A DNA stretch of 62,814 nt from a virus (IMGVR_UViG_3300042543_000362:1-62814), one strand, 5' to 3'; counted from the first letter of the stretch, positions 43,685 to 53,340 are shown. The notes: generated from the sequence alone by a model not told the origin. A program made the numbers and translations.

Positions 43685-44299
43685 ATGACTGACACCATCA
43701 AGACCAATCTCGACACCGGCATTCGGTACTACGACGAGCAAGGCCCGCGCGAGGGCCAAAGCGTCGATCTGTTTGTGCCGATGAGGGGCAGCGTGCCCAC
43801 CAACCCAGGCGGCGCCAGGTGGCCCAACCTTTTCGGTCTGCCCTATGACGGCACCCAGATCAAGTTCTACCTGAGGAGCGAACCTCAGGTGCGCGAGTAC
43901 GACTCTCAGATTTTCTACGAGGTGGCCAGCTGGGGGCCTGTGGACTATCCGAACCCGAAGGTCGGCGGCCCTGCTGGGACATGGGAAGAGACGTTGGAGG
44001 TGCTGCGCCGGCCAGATGACGAGCTGCTCAATCAGGTGGAGGCCGCGAGGCTGCAGGCTAACGCCAGGCTGTATCCGAGCAACGAAGATCCAATGCTGGC
44101 CGTGCTGCTGGCTGAGGCCATCCGGCGCGATCAGGAGGGCACGGCAACGGCCACCATGATCGACCTGCTGCAGCGGCATCAGGCGCTGGTCGAGGCGGGC
44201 TACGGCAACATAGAGCGGGCGAAAGAACTGCGCCAGCAGATCGAGGCAGGCCAGCCGTTTGACCTCTCTGCTGGATGGATCAATGAGCTGCCAGCATGA
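43685..44299 (+). CDS. hypothetical protein (possible fibre chaperone)
   Basis: Follows the fibre gene. Confidence 0.55.
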   Translation: MTDTIKTNLDTGIRYYDEQGPREGQSVDLFVPMRGSVPTNPGGARWPNLFGLPYDGTQIKFYLRSEPQVREYDSQIFYEVASWGPVDYPNPKVGGPAGTWEETLEVLRRPDDELLNQVEAARLQANARLYPSNEDPMLAVLLAEAIRRDQEGTATATMIDLLQRHQALVEAGYGNIERAKELRQQIEAGQPFDLSAGWINELPA

Positions 44300-44333
44300 G
44301 TGGCGCAGGGGGCCTTATGCAGGAGGGAATCGG

Positions 44334-45113
44334 ATGCTGATTGTTCAGAGACGGAGGGTGAGTGCCTACGACCCCGACGCACAGGCCTACATCACCGCCG
44401 TGGAGACCGCCGATGGCCAGGCACTGGAAACCGCAGTGCGCGATGCAATCAATGCGTTTGTGGTGGGGTGCAAAGCTGATGGGATCTGGAGCGCTATCAA
44501 GGCCAGTTGCATCATGGCCGGTGCCCGCACACTGGCCGGTGCGCTGGTGCCGTTGGTGGGGGCGGCGCCGACAAACTTTGGCTTTGTGGCGGGGGATTAC
44601 AACCGAAAGACAGGACTAATGGGGGATGGAAATACAAAAAATTTAGATAGCAATAGGTTGTGTTCGAGTGATGAACAAAATAACGTTCATGGCGCGGTTT
44701 ATGTAAGTACTAGAGATACTGCGGCAGGCCGATATTTATCGGGCACGACATTTCCTGCAGTTCCAGCGACAGGCACTTTTGCGATAGTGGGTAACACAAC
44801 AGGTTTTCGGGCTAGAGTTCAAACTTCAGTCCTTAATTCGCACTCATCTAATACTGCTATTCCTGTTCTCTTGGGAGTCTCTAGGGCTTCATCGGCTAGT
44901 TACTCATGGCGAGATGGTAGCAATTCGGGCACTCAATCCACTGCTAGTACTGGAGTGTCTACAGGGAATTATTTTATCTTCTCCGATAACACTGGAGGCA
45001 ATGATTCCAACGCCCGCATCGCCTTCTACAGCATCGGCGGATCCCTCGATCTCGCCCTGCTCGACGCCCGCGTGACCGCTCTGATCAACGCCATCGCGGC
45101 GGCGATCCCATGA
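44334..45113 (+). CDS. structural protein with variable S/T-rich core
   Basis: YDPDAQAYI N-terminus; AT-rich centre. Confidence 0.65.
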   Translation: MLIVQRRRVSAYDPDAQAYITAVETADGQALETAVRDAINAFVVGCKADGIWSAIKASCIMAGARTLAGALVPLVGAAPTNFGFVAGDYNRKTGLMGDGNTKNLDSNRLCSSDEQNNVHGAVYVSTRDTAAGRYLSGTTFPAVPATGTFAIVGNTTGFRARVQTSVLNSHSSNTAIPVLLGVSRASSASYSWRDGSNSGTQSTASTGVSTGNYFIFSDNTGGNDSNARIAFYSIGGSLDLALLDARVTALINAIAAAIP

Positions 45114-45565
45114 CCACCCCCAGCATCCGCGAACAGATCCTGAACCACATTCACACCGTCACCCTGCCGGGCACGGTGCAGGTCGGCATCAGAATCTACC
45201 GCAGCCGGGTGCAGGCGCTCTCTAGATCGGAGGCCCCGGCGCTGATCGTCAGCCCTGGCGAGGACAACCCGGTCAACGCACCACGCACCACGGGCGCCAG
45301 CCTGGGCCGGCTCGATCAGGCGCTGCCGGTGCTGGTCGAGATCTACGTCCGCGGCGACGTGCCCGACCAGCTGGCCGACCCTATCGGCGTAGACGTGCAC
45401 GCCCGCATGATGAGCGATCGCACCCTTGGCGGCCTGGCCCATGACGTGCAGCCCGATGGCTGGCGCCCGGAGTACGAACAGGCCGACGCCTCCGCCGGCT
45501 GGATGCAGCACCGTTTCCTGATCCGCTACCGCACCCGCGACGACGCAATCAACGCGGCTCCATAG
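45110..45565 (+). CDS. tail terminator-like protein
   Basis: SIREQIL...IYRSR...PAL; upstream of the major tail gene. Confidence 0.7.
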   Translation: MTTPSIREQILNHIHTVTLPGTVQVGIRIYRSRVQALSRSEAPALIVSPGEDNPVNAPRTTGASLGRLDQALPVLVEIYVRGDVPDQLADPIGVDVHARMMSDRTLGGLAHDVQPDGWRPEYEQADASAGWMQHRFLIRYRTRDDAINAAP

Positions 45566-45594
45566 GCTGAGCTTACGGATGCTCACCCCCAACC

Positions 45595-45735
45595 ATGGCG
45601 GCCGACCAACACTATGAGCACCACGGCCTGTCTGGGGAGTTCGTGATGCTCCCCAGTGGCCAGATGGTGCCCGCTGCTGAGGCGCCCAAGCCTGAGCCCG
45701 CCAAGCCCCAACCCGCGCCGAAGGTCAAGGACTGA
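45595..45735 (+). CDS. small hypothetical protein (46 aa)
   Basis: MAADQHYEHHGLSGEF...; TGATG-coupled to the tail gene. Confidence 0.55.
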   Translation: MAADQHYEHHGLSGEFVMLPSGQMVPAAEAPKPEPAKPQPAPKVKD

Positions 45736-46928
45736 TGACAGCACTCCTGATTCGCAACAGCTTCGCGCTGGTGAAGGCCGAGACCAGCTACGGCACCCTG
45801 GCCAGCTCGATCGCCAACACCGACGCGGTGAAGATCGTGTCGCTGGAGATCAACCCGATCACCGGTACTCGCGTAGAGCGGGCCCTGATCAAGGGCTTCC
45901 TCGGCGCCGACCGCCAGCCGCTGACCAATGAGCACGTCGCCGTCACGGTGACATTCGAGTGGGGCGGCTCTGGTGTCGCTGCCACCGCCCCCCGGTTCAC
46001 GCCACTGCTGCAGGCAGCCGGTATGAACGTCTCGGCATTCGCCGAACTGACCGGTACGGCCACCGCAGGCGGCGCCAACACCCTCACCCTGGCGGACCTG
46101 GGCGGCAGCAATCCCGCAAGCGACGCTTACCTGGGGCTGCCAATCGAAATCACCAGCGGCGCCAACACGGGCCACAAAGGCGTGATCGTGGCGCACGACG
46201 GGGCCACCAGGCAGGTGACGGTGGTTCCCTCCACCGCATCATTCACTGGCGGCGCAGTGGGCTACAAGATCCCCGCGCTGTCCCTGCTGCAGCCGATCAG
46301 CACGTTCGGCAACGGCAGCAGCTGCACCATCGTGGCGGTGAAGGACGGCACCAATGTTCACCGGATCGAAGGATTCCGCGGCAGCCCGGCCCTCAACAGC
46401 ACCCTGAACGGTTACGGCACCTTCACGATCACGGGCCTTGGCCGCTACACGACCCCCACCGCTAGGAGCGCTGAAGGATTCATCTACAGCAACCAGGCCG
46501 AGCCGGTGCCCGTCACCCCGACCCACACCAAGGCGTTGCGGTTCCAGGGCTTCAACCCCTGCTCTGAGGGCTTCACGTTCGACTGGGGCGTGTCGGCCGT
46601 GTTCCGCTCGCTGATCGGCTGCGAACCTCACGCCCGCATCACCGACCGCCCCAACCCGAACGGCACAATCACGATCGAAAACCCGCCTGTGGCGACGAAG
46701 AACTTCTTCACCGCTGCAGCTGACAACAGCGGCGCCAGCGATGGCCCGTTCGTTGTGCAGCAGGGCACGACGGCCAACGAAAGCTCCATCTTCTTCTGCC
46801 CCAAGGCAGCGATCAGCGGCGACCTCTCCTTCCCTGATTCTGACGGGGTCAGCATGCTGCAGATCCCATTTACCGCGCTGCCCAAGGCTGCAGCCGGCAA
46901 CGACGAAACCCGCCTCGTTTTCTTCTGA
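45735..46928 (+). CDS. major tail (tube) protein
   Basis: VKAETSYGT, LLQAAG and DSDGVSMLQIPF...GNDE; precedes the chaperones. Confidence 0.75.
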   Translation: MTALLIRNSFALVKAETSYGTLASSIANTDAVKIVSLEINPITGTRVERALIKGFLGADRQPLTNEHVAVTVTFEWGGSGVAATAPRFTPLLQAAGMNVSAFAELTGTATAGGANTLTLADLGGSNPASDAYLGLPIEITSGANTGHKGVIVAHDGATRQVTVVPSTASFTGGAVGYKIPALSLLQPISTFGNGSSCTIVAVKDGTNVHRIEGFRGSPALNSTLNGYGTFTITGLGRYTTPTARSAEGFIYSNQAEPVPVTPTHTKALRFQGFNPCSEGFTFDWGVSAVFRSLIGCEPHARITDRPNPNGTITIENPPVATKNFFTAAADNSGASDGPFVVQQGTTANESSIFFCPKAAISGDLSFPDSDGVSMLQIPFTALPKAAAGNDETRLVFF

Positions 46929-46934
46929 TTCGCC

Positions 46935-47411
46935 ATGTTCCATCTGTACCAGCCGGACTACATCGAGTGGCCGGTATCGGTTGATCTGCCGGCGAAGGCG
47001 GGCCTAAAGAAGGCCTACACCTTCACCGCCCATTTCCGGGTGCTGGACCAGGAGGATTGCGACGATCTCAACGAGCAGCATAATGCGCTGATCGTGGCCA
47101 CCATCAAGCGCTACGAGGCGCTGCAGAGCTACCGGAGCAGCAATGACCTGGAGGTGCTCACTGAGCCGCTGCCGTGCACCTATGAGGATCTGGCCGCCGA
47201 GGTGCTCTGCGGCTGGGGTGAAGAGGTAGTGGACGAGGCTGGCGAGCCTGTCGAGTTCACCGAGGCGAGCAAGGCCAAGATGCTGCGGATGCAGGGTGCT
47301 GCATCGGCGATCTTCAACGCCTGGGTCGCCAGTATCGGCAAGCCCAGCGCCGCCGGCGAGCCCGCCAAGTCCGCCGCCAAGCAAGGAGGCTTCCGCGCAA
47401 AAAACTCGTAG
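46935..47411 (+). CDS. tail assembly chaperone (gpG-like)
   Basis: EVLCGW...VVDEAGEPVEFT; ends ...AKNS at a slippery site. Confidence 0.8.
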   Translation: MFHLYQPDYIEWPVSVDLPAKAGLKKAYTFTAHFRVLDQEDCDDLNEQHNALIVATIKRYEALQSYRSSNDLEVLTEPLPCTYEDLAAEVLCGWGEEVVDEAGEPVEFTEASKAKMLRMQGAASAIFNAWVASIGKPSAAGEPAKSAAKQGGFRAKNS

Positions 47412-47743
47412 ACGCGGCGCTGTTCCTCGCTGGCGCCGCGAAAGGTGAGGCTGACGACGGCAAGGATGCCGCCGACGCTGCAGCCATGTTCGGCCTGGAG
47501 GTGCCTGAGGCAGAGCAGCGGCCCAAGACGTTCGGGATCCTGCCGGAGAACTGCGAAGCGCTGGCGTGGTTCCTGAAGATGCAGACCCAGTGGCGGGTCG
47601 GCATGGCTGGCCCCGTAGGCCTCGACTACGGGGTGTTCCTCCAATGCGCCAAGGATGAGGGCGTGAAGCGCTCCGACCGGGTGTGGCTGCTGGAGGATCT
47701 GCGGTTGATCGAGCGGGAGTATCTGGGGGCGGCGCGGGGGTGA
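47399..47743 (+). CDS. tail assembly chaperone -1 frameshift extension (gpT-like)
   Basis: A AAA AAC at 47399-47405; the -1 frame is open through TQWRVGMAGPVGLDY. Confidence 0.8.
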   Translation, partial: KKLVDAALFLAGAAKGEADDGKDAADAAAMFGLEVPEAEQRPKTFGILPENCEALAWFLKMQTQWRVGMAGPVGLDYGVFLQCAKDEGVKRSDRVWLLEDLRLIEREYLGAARG

Positions 47744-47744
47744 T

Positions 47745-47775
47745 GGGTGCGAAATGGGTTCCGGTGCGGTAGGGT
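47745..47775 (+). promoter_or_regulatory. GGGTGC-class promoter for the tail-region moron
   Basis: GGGTGCGAAATGGGTTCCGGTGCGGTAGGGT. Confidence 0.6.
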
Positions 47776-47819
47776 GTGGGGCAGGTGCCCGCACGGGGCG
47801 CCGTTGCTACCCACTCGCC

Positions 47820-48290
47820 ATGACCACTCCCCAGCTCATCACCGTGTCAGAAGCTCAGCAAATGGCCAGGGAAATGGCCAATAGCTTAATTGCTGACATG
47901 GAAGCCAAAGTTACTCTGCTGCAAGAATTTGCTGCAGCGATGCAGGCCGAATTGCAGCTAATCCGATTAGGGGAACTGCAATTCCCCGCGGCTGAGCCAT
48001 CTGTGCCGGTCACGGATCGCAAAATTCCCTATCACGCCCTAGTTGACGCGATCTACCTGGAATTCTCGGGCTTTACAAAGGGCCGCGCTTCTTACAAAAC
48101 TGAGGAGTTCTGCGATCACTGCCGCCCGTTGCTACCTCTCGGCAGCGTTGACGTTGCCCTGGACTGCGACGGCAAGCCGCTCTGGCGTCGGCGGTTTTTC
48201 AAGGCCCACGACAAGATTGCAGAGCGCCGGGGATTCAAGCGTTCTGCGCGTGGCACCTGGGCTGTGCCGTCGGAGGGAAGTGATGGCTGA
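47820..48290 (+). CDS. moron gene 1, C-terminal winged-helix-like domain
   Basis: DGKPLWRRRF...RGTWAV resembles Mrr-N-type winged helices. Confidence 0.6.
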   Translation: MTTPQLITVSEAQQMAREMANSLIADMEAKVTLLQEFAAAMQAELQLIRLGELQFPAAEPSVPVTDRKIPYHALVDAIYLEFSGFTKGRASYKTEEFCDHCRPLLPLGSVDVALDCDGKPLWRRRFFKAHDKIAERRGFKRSARGTWAVPSEGSDG

Positions 48291-48594
48291 AGATAAGTTT
48301 CCGCATAAAGTTGGTCTTTCTGATGAATGCAAGAAAGACTTGGAGCGGGCTGCAGCACTGGCAAACTTAGAGGGCTGGACCCATGCTCTTGAGGTAGGAA
48401 CAGAAATGGTCAAAATTGGCGCCGAAGCGTATGTGAAAGGCAAGACCGGAGTCGTGTTCTGCACCCCAGAACTCGAATCTTCCATCGAAAACAACCCAGA
48501 GTTCTTCGAGGCCCTATGCCAAAAAGGCGTAATCGAATGGCTGACACCGTTCGTGCTGGGCAAATCTACTATTCCACCCGAGGAAAACCAATGA
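48283..48594 (+). CDS. moron gene 2, possible RHH protein
   Basis: KVGLSDECKKDLERAA...; overlap-coupled. Confidence 0.55.
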   Translation: MAEDKFPHKVGLSDECKKDLERAAALANLEGWTHALEVGTEMVKIGAEAYVKGKTGVVFCTPELESSIENNPEFFEALCQKGVIEWLTPFVLGKSTIPPEENQ

Positions 48595-48971
48595 AAGACA
48601 AGCTGTATGATTTTATTGATAGGCACTATCTAGTGTTTTACTGTACTTTCTTGTTTGCTTTTATTTCTAGCGTAGCTGTTATCAGGGCCACGCCGCGAGC
48701 TGGATTAATACTGTGCTCGCTAGGTGTTGCTGCTATGTGTGCGCTTTTCTTTCACAAAACAGAGGCGTTCAACAGATCCCACGCAAAGGCCCTAAAACGC
48801 TTGCAAGACCAGTGCGACAGCGCCTCTCCTGACTGGGATGGCTTGGTGCGACTGCGGCAAGACATTGAGCCTCGCCTGAGGCTGCTACAGGCTCGGATAG
48901 AACAGGACCGGCAAGAGGTAAACGACCTTTGCGAACTCAGCAGCCGGATTGCCGAATCGGAGGAAGACTAG
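48591..48971 (+). CDS. moron gene 3, two-TM plus coiled-coil protein
   Basis: Two hydrophobic segments; AT-rich. Confidence 0.6.
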   Translation: MKDKLYDFIDRHYLVFYCTFLFAFISSVAVIRATPRAGLILCSLGVAAMCALFFHKTEAFNRSHAKALKRLQDQCDSASPDWDGLVRLRQDIEPRLRLLQARIEQDRQEVNDLCELSSRIAESEED

Positions 48972-48973
48972 CC

Positions 48974-49216
48974 ATGACATCTCAGCAAATGAAGCTGCTA
49001 GAAAAAGCTTTTTCGGCTGAAATTGAAGCAGCGGTTAGCAAATCGCAATTACCTATCATTCAGGCCAAGGCGGCCTGCGCCGATGCGTTGGTTGCAGAAG
49101 GAATGATAGAAAAAGTGTGCATCAGGCTAGGAGGCTCTTTTCCGGTGACAGTGGAAGGCTATTCTTTAACTGATTACGGTCGGCTGGTTTACTGTCAAAC
49201 TGTAGGCGACTCCTAA
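48974..49216 (+). CDS. moron gene 4, small winged-helix-like protein
   Basis: ALVAEGMIEK...YSLTDYGR. Confidence 0.55.
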   Translation: MTSQQMKLLEKAFSAEIEAAVSKSQLPIIQAKAACADALVAEGMIEKVCIRLGGSFPVTVEGYSLTDYGRLVYCQTVGDS

Positions 49217-49298
49217 CCCCACTCGCCCCGGCCACCACCGGGGCACTCCTCTGCCCGCCCTCCATAGCCTGACCCTAGGACTGGCGATCGGATAACAC

Positions 49299-52200
49299 AT
49301 GGCCCGGATGAGCCTGGATACCGCTATCCGGCTGTCGGCCGAGGTGAAGGGCGGCGGGAATATCGACCGGGTGAAGAAGTCCCTGCAGGATCTGGCAAAG
49401 GGCAGCCAGACCACGGCCCGCGAGATGAGCACGCTGCGTGCAGCGACGTTTCAGTTCGCCCGCGCCAATGACAGCACGATTGCCGGGATCCGCAGCAGCA
49501 TCGGCGCATTCCGTGGGCTGCAGGAGCAGGCCAAGATCGGTAGCCGGGAGTTTCAGCGGTACGGCGCCGAGATCCAGAAGCTCGAAGGGAAGCTGCGGGG
49601 GCTGGACGGGACAGCAAGCCAGACCAATACAAGGATCGCCGGCATGGCAGCCGCTGCCGGTCGCCTGATTGCGGCCTACGCAGGAATTGAGGCTGTCAGA
49701 TTCGTATTTGGCAACGCAGCCGAGCTGGAATCGCAAACCAGAAGCCTGGAGGTGCTGACAGGCAGCGCCGAGCGAGCAAAGGACATCGTTCAGCAGCTGC
49801 AGCAGCTTGGCGCGGTTACTCCGTTCACCAGCACAGAGCTGATTGACACGGCAAAGCGCCTTCAGGCTTTTGGCGTCGAAACAGAAAAGGTCGTTGACAT
49901 TACTAGGCGCCTAGCCGATGTCAGCGGCGCCACTGGTGCGGAGCTTGGCGGCCTAGCCACCGCCTATGGCCAGGTTCAAGCAAAGGGCAGACTGCAGGGC
50001 GAAGAACTGCTCCAGTTTCAAGAGCGTGGCGTTGCGCTACAGCAGGTTTTGCGTAAAGAGTATGGATTAACAGGCATTGAGTTTCAAAAAGCGCTTGAAA
50101 AGGGGCAAATCAGCGCTGAAGCTGTTGAGTACGCATTGCGCAAGCTGACCGACACTGGCGGAAAGTACGCCAATGGGGCTATTGCACAAAGCGACACCCT
50201 AAGGGGTCGAATGTCTACCCTGACCGATTCTGTGCAGGTTTTGGCGCAAACAATCGGCAAGACGCTAGAGCCTGTTTTCAAGTGGGCATTAACGCAAGCG
50301 ACCGCTGTAGTCAGCGAGATTCAGCGGTTGATTGACGAAGCGAATAATACCGGAGGAGCGAGAGACAGGGAGGCTCAGTATGCGCGAAACGCTGACACAG
50401 CAGTGCGGGCAATGGGGCTAAACCCATTAACACAGCAAGGCATGATGGCCGAGATGCGTCAGCGCAACATTGAACAGCAGCGTGCAGATTATGAACTGGC
50501 CAGGCAGAGAGCCAGAGCTGCTGCGCCTGCTACGTTGCCCGGCGCCCCATCAGCACCCACCCTGCCGCCGCTAAGCGGATCCGCCGGAACAGCGCCCAGC
50601 TCGACCGGTTCCGGTACCAACGGCCGAGCCGCAGCCGCCGAAGTCACCAAGGGCGTCAAGGAACTGCTCCGGCTGACCGATGCCGAGATCACCGCAGCAG
50701 TGAACACCGCAATCGGTGAGTACGGCGGGCTGGACCCTCGCGGTCGCACGGACGTGTTCGCCAACATCCTGGCCCGCTCCAGGTCGCCGCAGTATCCATC
50801 CAACCTGGTGGACGTGGTGACGCAGCCGGGCCAGTACGCCCCGAACTTCGGGCGCAGCCGGGCGCAGGTAACCAACCCGAACCTGTACGGCAGGGCCCGG
50901 TTTGAGCAGGTCAAGGCTGAACTGATGAATCCCCAGATGCTGGCCCAGTCCATTCAGGACGTGGACAGCCGGCTGTACTTCAAGGGGATCAGTGAGCAGC
51001 GCAACATGGTGCGCGGCGTGGACTTCCTGCGGGCGCCGGATCAGAACTTCTTCCACGGCCCCGGCCGCAGCGATCCCGGCCGCAATCCCCAGATCACATC
51101 GCAGCTGCTGTCGGAGCTTGGTGATACCGGGTCGCTGACTGGGTATCTGGATCAGCAGACGCAAGCCGCCGAACAACTCCGCGAACGCCAACAAGCCACC
51201 ACCACCGAGCTTGAAAAGTTCATCGAGGCCAGGACCCAGGCTGTCGTCAAGCTCAACCAGGAAAGCGAGCTACTGGGTGCGGCGACTGATCTTGATCGCC
51301 GCCGGCTGGAGTACGCCTTCGAGCAGCTGGAGATCAATGACAGGGCGATTCAGGCCAAGAGAGAGTTTCAGGAGCTGGAGAAACAGCTGGTCGAGCTGGG
51401 CATCGATTACAACGCTGAGCAACAGCTGGCGCGGATCGAATCGGAAAAACAGCACGCCCTGAAGAACGCCCAGGTCAAGGCCGAACAGGACATCAATGAC
51501 CTGATGGCCGAACGGGTGCGCATGATGCAGCAGCTGACCAGCCAGGCCGCCGAGGCCCCTGCGTTCCAGACCCAGGGCATGGCGATCGAGGCCCAGATCG
51601 CCACCCTGAAAGACGACCTAGCCGAAATGACCAGCATCGCCACCCTGGCGGGCAAGTCTGCCGAGACGATCGGTGGGGCGTTCGGCAATGCGTTCCGCGA
51701 CCTGATCAGCGGCGCAGCGAGCGCCCGGCAGGTGCTGGCCGGATTTTTCCAAGACGTGGCCCAAGGATTCGCGCAGATGGCCGCAGAGATCATCGCCAAG
51801 CAAATGACGTTGATCGCGCTGCAGACCATCTTCAATGTGCTGCGCGGGGTATCTGGTGCTGCTGGTGGATTCTCCCCAGGCAGTGCCGGCCCATTCGGCG
51901 CTGGCGGTGTGAGCCCCGGCCTCGGCTTTGACCCAGGCGGATTCGCAGCCGGCGATACCGGCATCCCGTTCTTCGGCCGCGCTCTCGGCGGCGGCGTCTC
52001 AGCCGGTCGCCCCTACCCAGTCGGCGAGAACGGCCCCGAGCTGTTCGTGCCCTACCAGGCCGGCAGCATCATCCCGGCTGAGGCCACCGAGGCGCTGCAG
52101 GCGATCAACAACGCCAGCCTGCGGGGCCTGTCGGTGCCGTTCCAGGCCACCGCTGCCACCGCTGCCAAGACCTCCCAGCAGGGCGGCGGCTCCAGCTCCA

Positions 52201-52475
52201 GCAGCGGCCTGAGTGTGCCGTTCCAGCGCGGCATGGAGGGCCTGAGCGTGCCATTCCAGCGCGGCGGCATGGATGGATCCGCAGCGGCCGGCATGGGTGC
52301 GGGCGGCGGTGATGGCCTTATCCGATTCGAGACTGTGCAGATTGGCGAGCTCGATTTCGTCACCAAGGATGAGGCGCAACGGATCGGCCGCGAGTCTGCC
52401 AAGCAAGGCGCCGCACTGGCCCTGAAGCGCTACAAGAACAACCCCACGGACCGGCGTGGAGCCGGCCTGCCCTAA
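49299..52475 (+). CDS. tape measure protein with embedded cell-wall hydrolase-like domain
   Basis: TPFTSTEL and YGQVQAKGRLQGEELLQFQERG; C-terminal RALGG...VGENGPELFVP. Confidence 0.92.
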   Translation: MARMSLDTAIRLSAEVKGGGNIDRVKKSLQDLAKGSQTTAREMSTLRAATFQFARANDSTIAGIRSSIGAFRGLQEQAKIGSREFQRYGAEIQKLEGKLRGLDGTASQTNTRIAGMAAAAGRLIAAYAGIEAVRFVFGNAAELESQTRSLEVLTGSAERAKDIVQQLQQLGAVTPFTSTELIDTAKRLQAFGVETEKVVDITRRLADVSGATGAELGGLATAYGQVQAKGRLQGEELLQFQERGVALQQVLRKEYGLTGIEFQKALEKGQISAEAVEYALRKLTDTGGKYANGAIAQSDTLRGRMSTLTDSVQVLAQTIGKTLEPVFKWALTQATAVVSEIQRLIDEANNTGGARDREAQYARNADTAVRAMGLNPLTQQGMMAEMRQRNIEQQRADYELARQRARAAAPATLPGAPSAPTLPPLSGSAGTAPSSTGSGTNGRAAAAEVTKGVKELLRLTDAEITAAVNTAIGEYGGLDPRGRTDVFANILARSRSPQYPSNLVDVVTQPGQYAPNFGRSRAQVTNPNLYGRARFEQVKAELMNPQMLAQSIQDVDSRLYFKGISEQRNMVRGVDFLRAPDQNFFHGPGRSDPGRNPQITSQLLSELGDTGSLTGYLDQQTQAAEQLRERQQATTTELEKFIEARTQAVVKLNQESELLGAATDLDRRRLEYAFEQLEINDRAIQAKREFQELEKQLVELGIDYNAEQQLARIESEKQHALKNAQVKAEQDINDLMAERVRMMQQLTSQAAEAPAFQTQGMAIEAQIATLKDDLAEMTSIATLAGKSAETIGGAFGNAFRDLISGAASARQVLAGFFQDVAQGFAQMAAEIIAKQMTLIALQTIFNVLRGVSGAAGGFSPGSAGPFGAGGVSPGLGFDPGGFAAGDTGIPFFGRALGGGVSAGRPYPVGENGPELFVPYQAGSIIPAEATEALQAINNASLRGLSVPFQATAATAAKTSQQGGGSSSSSGLSVPFQRGMEGLSVPFQRGGMDGSAAAGMGAGGGDGLIRFETVQIGELDFVTKDEAQRIGRESAKQGAALALKRYKNNPTDRRGAGLP

Positions 52476-52942
52476 TGGAACTCTGCAACTTCCTGCGGTT
52501 CAAGCGCCGGGATGGCACCTATACCACCTGGCTGGCCCAGAACTACCTCATCGGCCAGACCATCGCGCACAACGGCCAGAGCTACCCCTACCTACCGGTG
52601 GCGGTGGCCACCAACTCCAGCACCCGAGGCGGTGATCGATCCGAGGCGGTGGTGGCCGCGCCGGTGTCGGCGCTGAGCGTGAACGTGTTTGCCGAGGCCA
52701 GCCGCGAACGGTGGCTGCTCGAGGTGCGATCGGTGAAGGTCAACCGGGTTGACCAGTCGCTGGGCGTGCTGCTCACGACGGAATACTGGGCCGCGCAGCA
52801 GCTGCAGGGCGACGTGAGCGAGCCGATTGTGAGACTCCAGTTGGCCAGCCCGCTCGATGCGGTGCAGGCGCCCGGTGGCAGGGTGCTGTCTCAGGTGCTG
52901 GTGGGTGCGCTGCCTACCAGTGGAAACTTGACGCTGCAATGA
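52475..52942 (+). CDS. minor tail protein
   Basis: Position after the tape measure gene; coupled. Confidence 0.6.
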   Translation: MELCNFLRFKRRDGTYTTWLAQNYLIGQTIAHNGQSYPYLPVAVATNSSTRGGDRSEAVVAAPVSALSVNVFAEASRERWLLEVRSVKVNRVDQSLGVLLTTEYWAAQQLQGDVSEPIVRLQLASPLDAVQAPGGRVLSQVLVGALPTSGNLTLQ

Positions 52943-53340
52943 CCGCAGACTGGCCCGCCTGGGTAAGCGCCCGCCTGCCGCATGTGATCGGCGCCGACCC
53001 TGACGACGGCGAGGGTATCTGCTGCCTGGTGATGGCCGCCAAGGTCCGCCGATCCGCTGGCCTGGCCATGCCCGATCTGGACCCTCAGTGGTTCGCCATG
53101 GCTGCCACCGGGCAATGGGATCAGCTGCAGCGGGAATGGAGGCGCCTGATGGTCCCCCACAGACTGGAGCAGTACGCGCTGGCGCTCCACCGCCAGCCCC
53201 TGGGTCTCAGTGTTGGCGTGGTGGTTGATGACGGCCTGCTGATCGTGCATCACCGCCGCGGGGCGCAGTGGTTGCCGCTGGAGGTCGCCGGCCAGCTCAT
53301 GCCCCTTGAATACTGGAGGCCCCGCGATGCTGCCGTCTGA
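52939..53340 (+). CDS. tail tip protein, NlpC/P60-like
   Basis: GADP..GEGICC motif; position. Confidence 0.5.
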   Translation: MTADWPAWVSARLPHVIGADPDDGEGICCLVMAAKVRRSAGLAMPDLDPQWFAMAATGQWDQLQREWRRLMVPHRLEQYALALHRQPLGLSVGVVVDDGLLIVHHRRGAQWLPLEVAGQLMPLEYWRPRDAAV

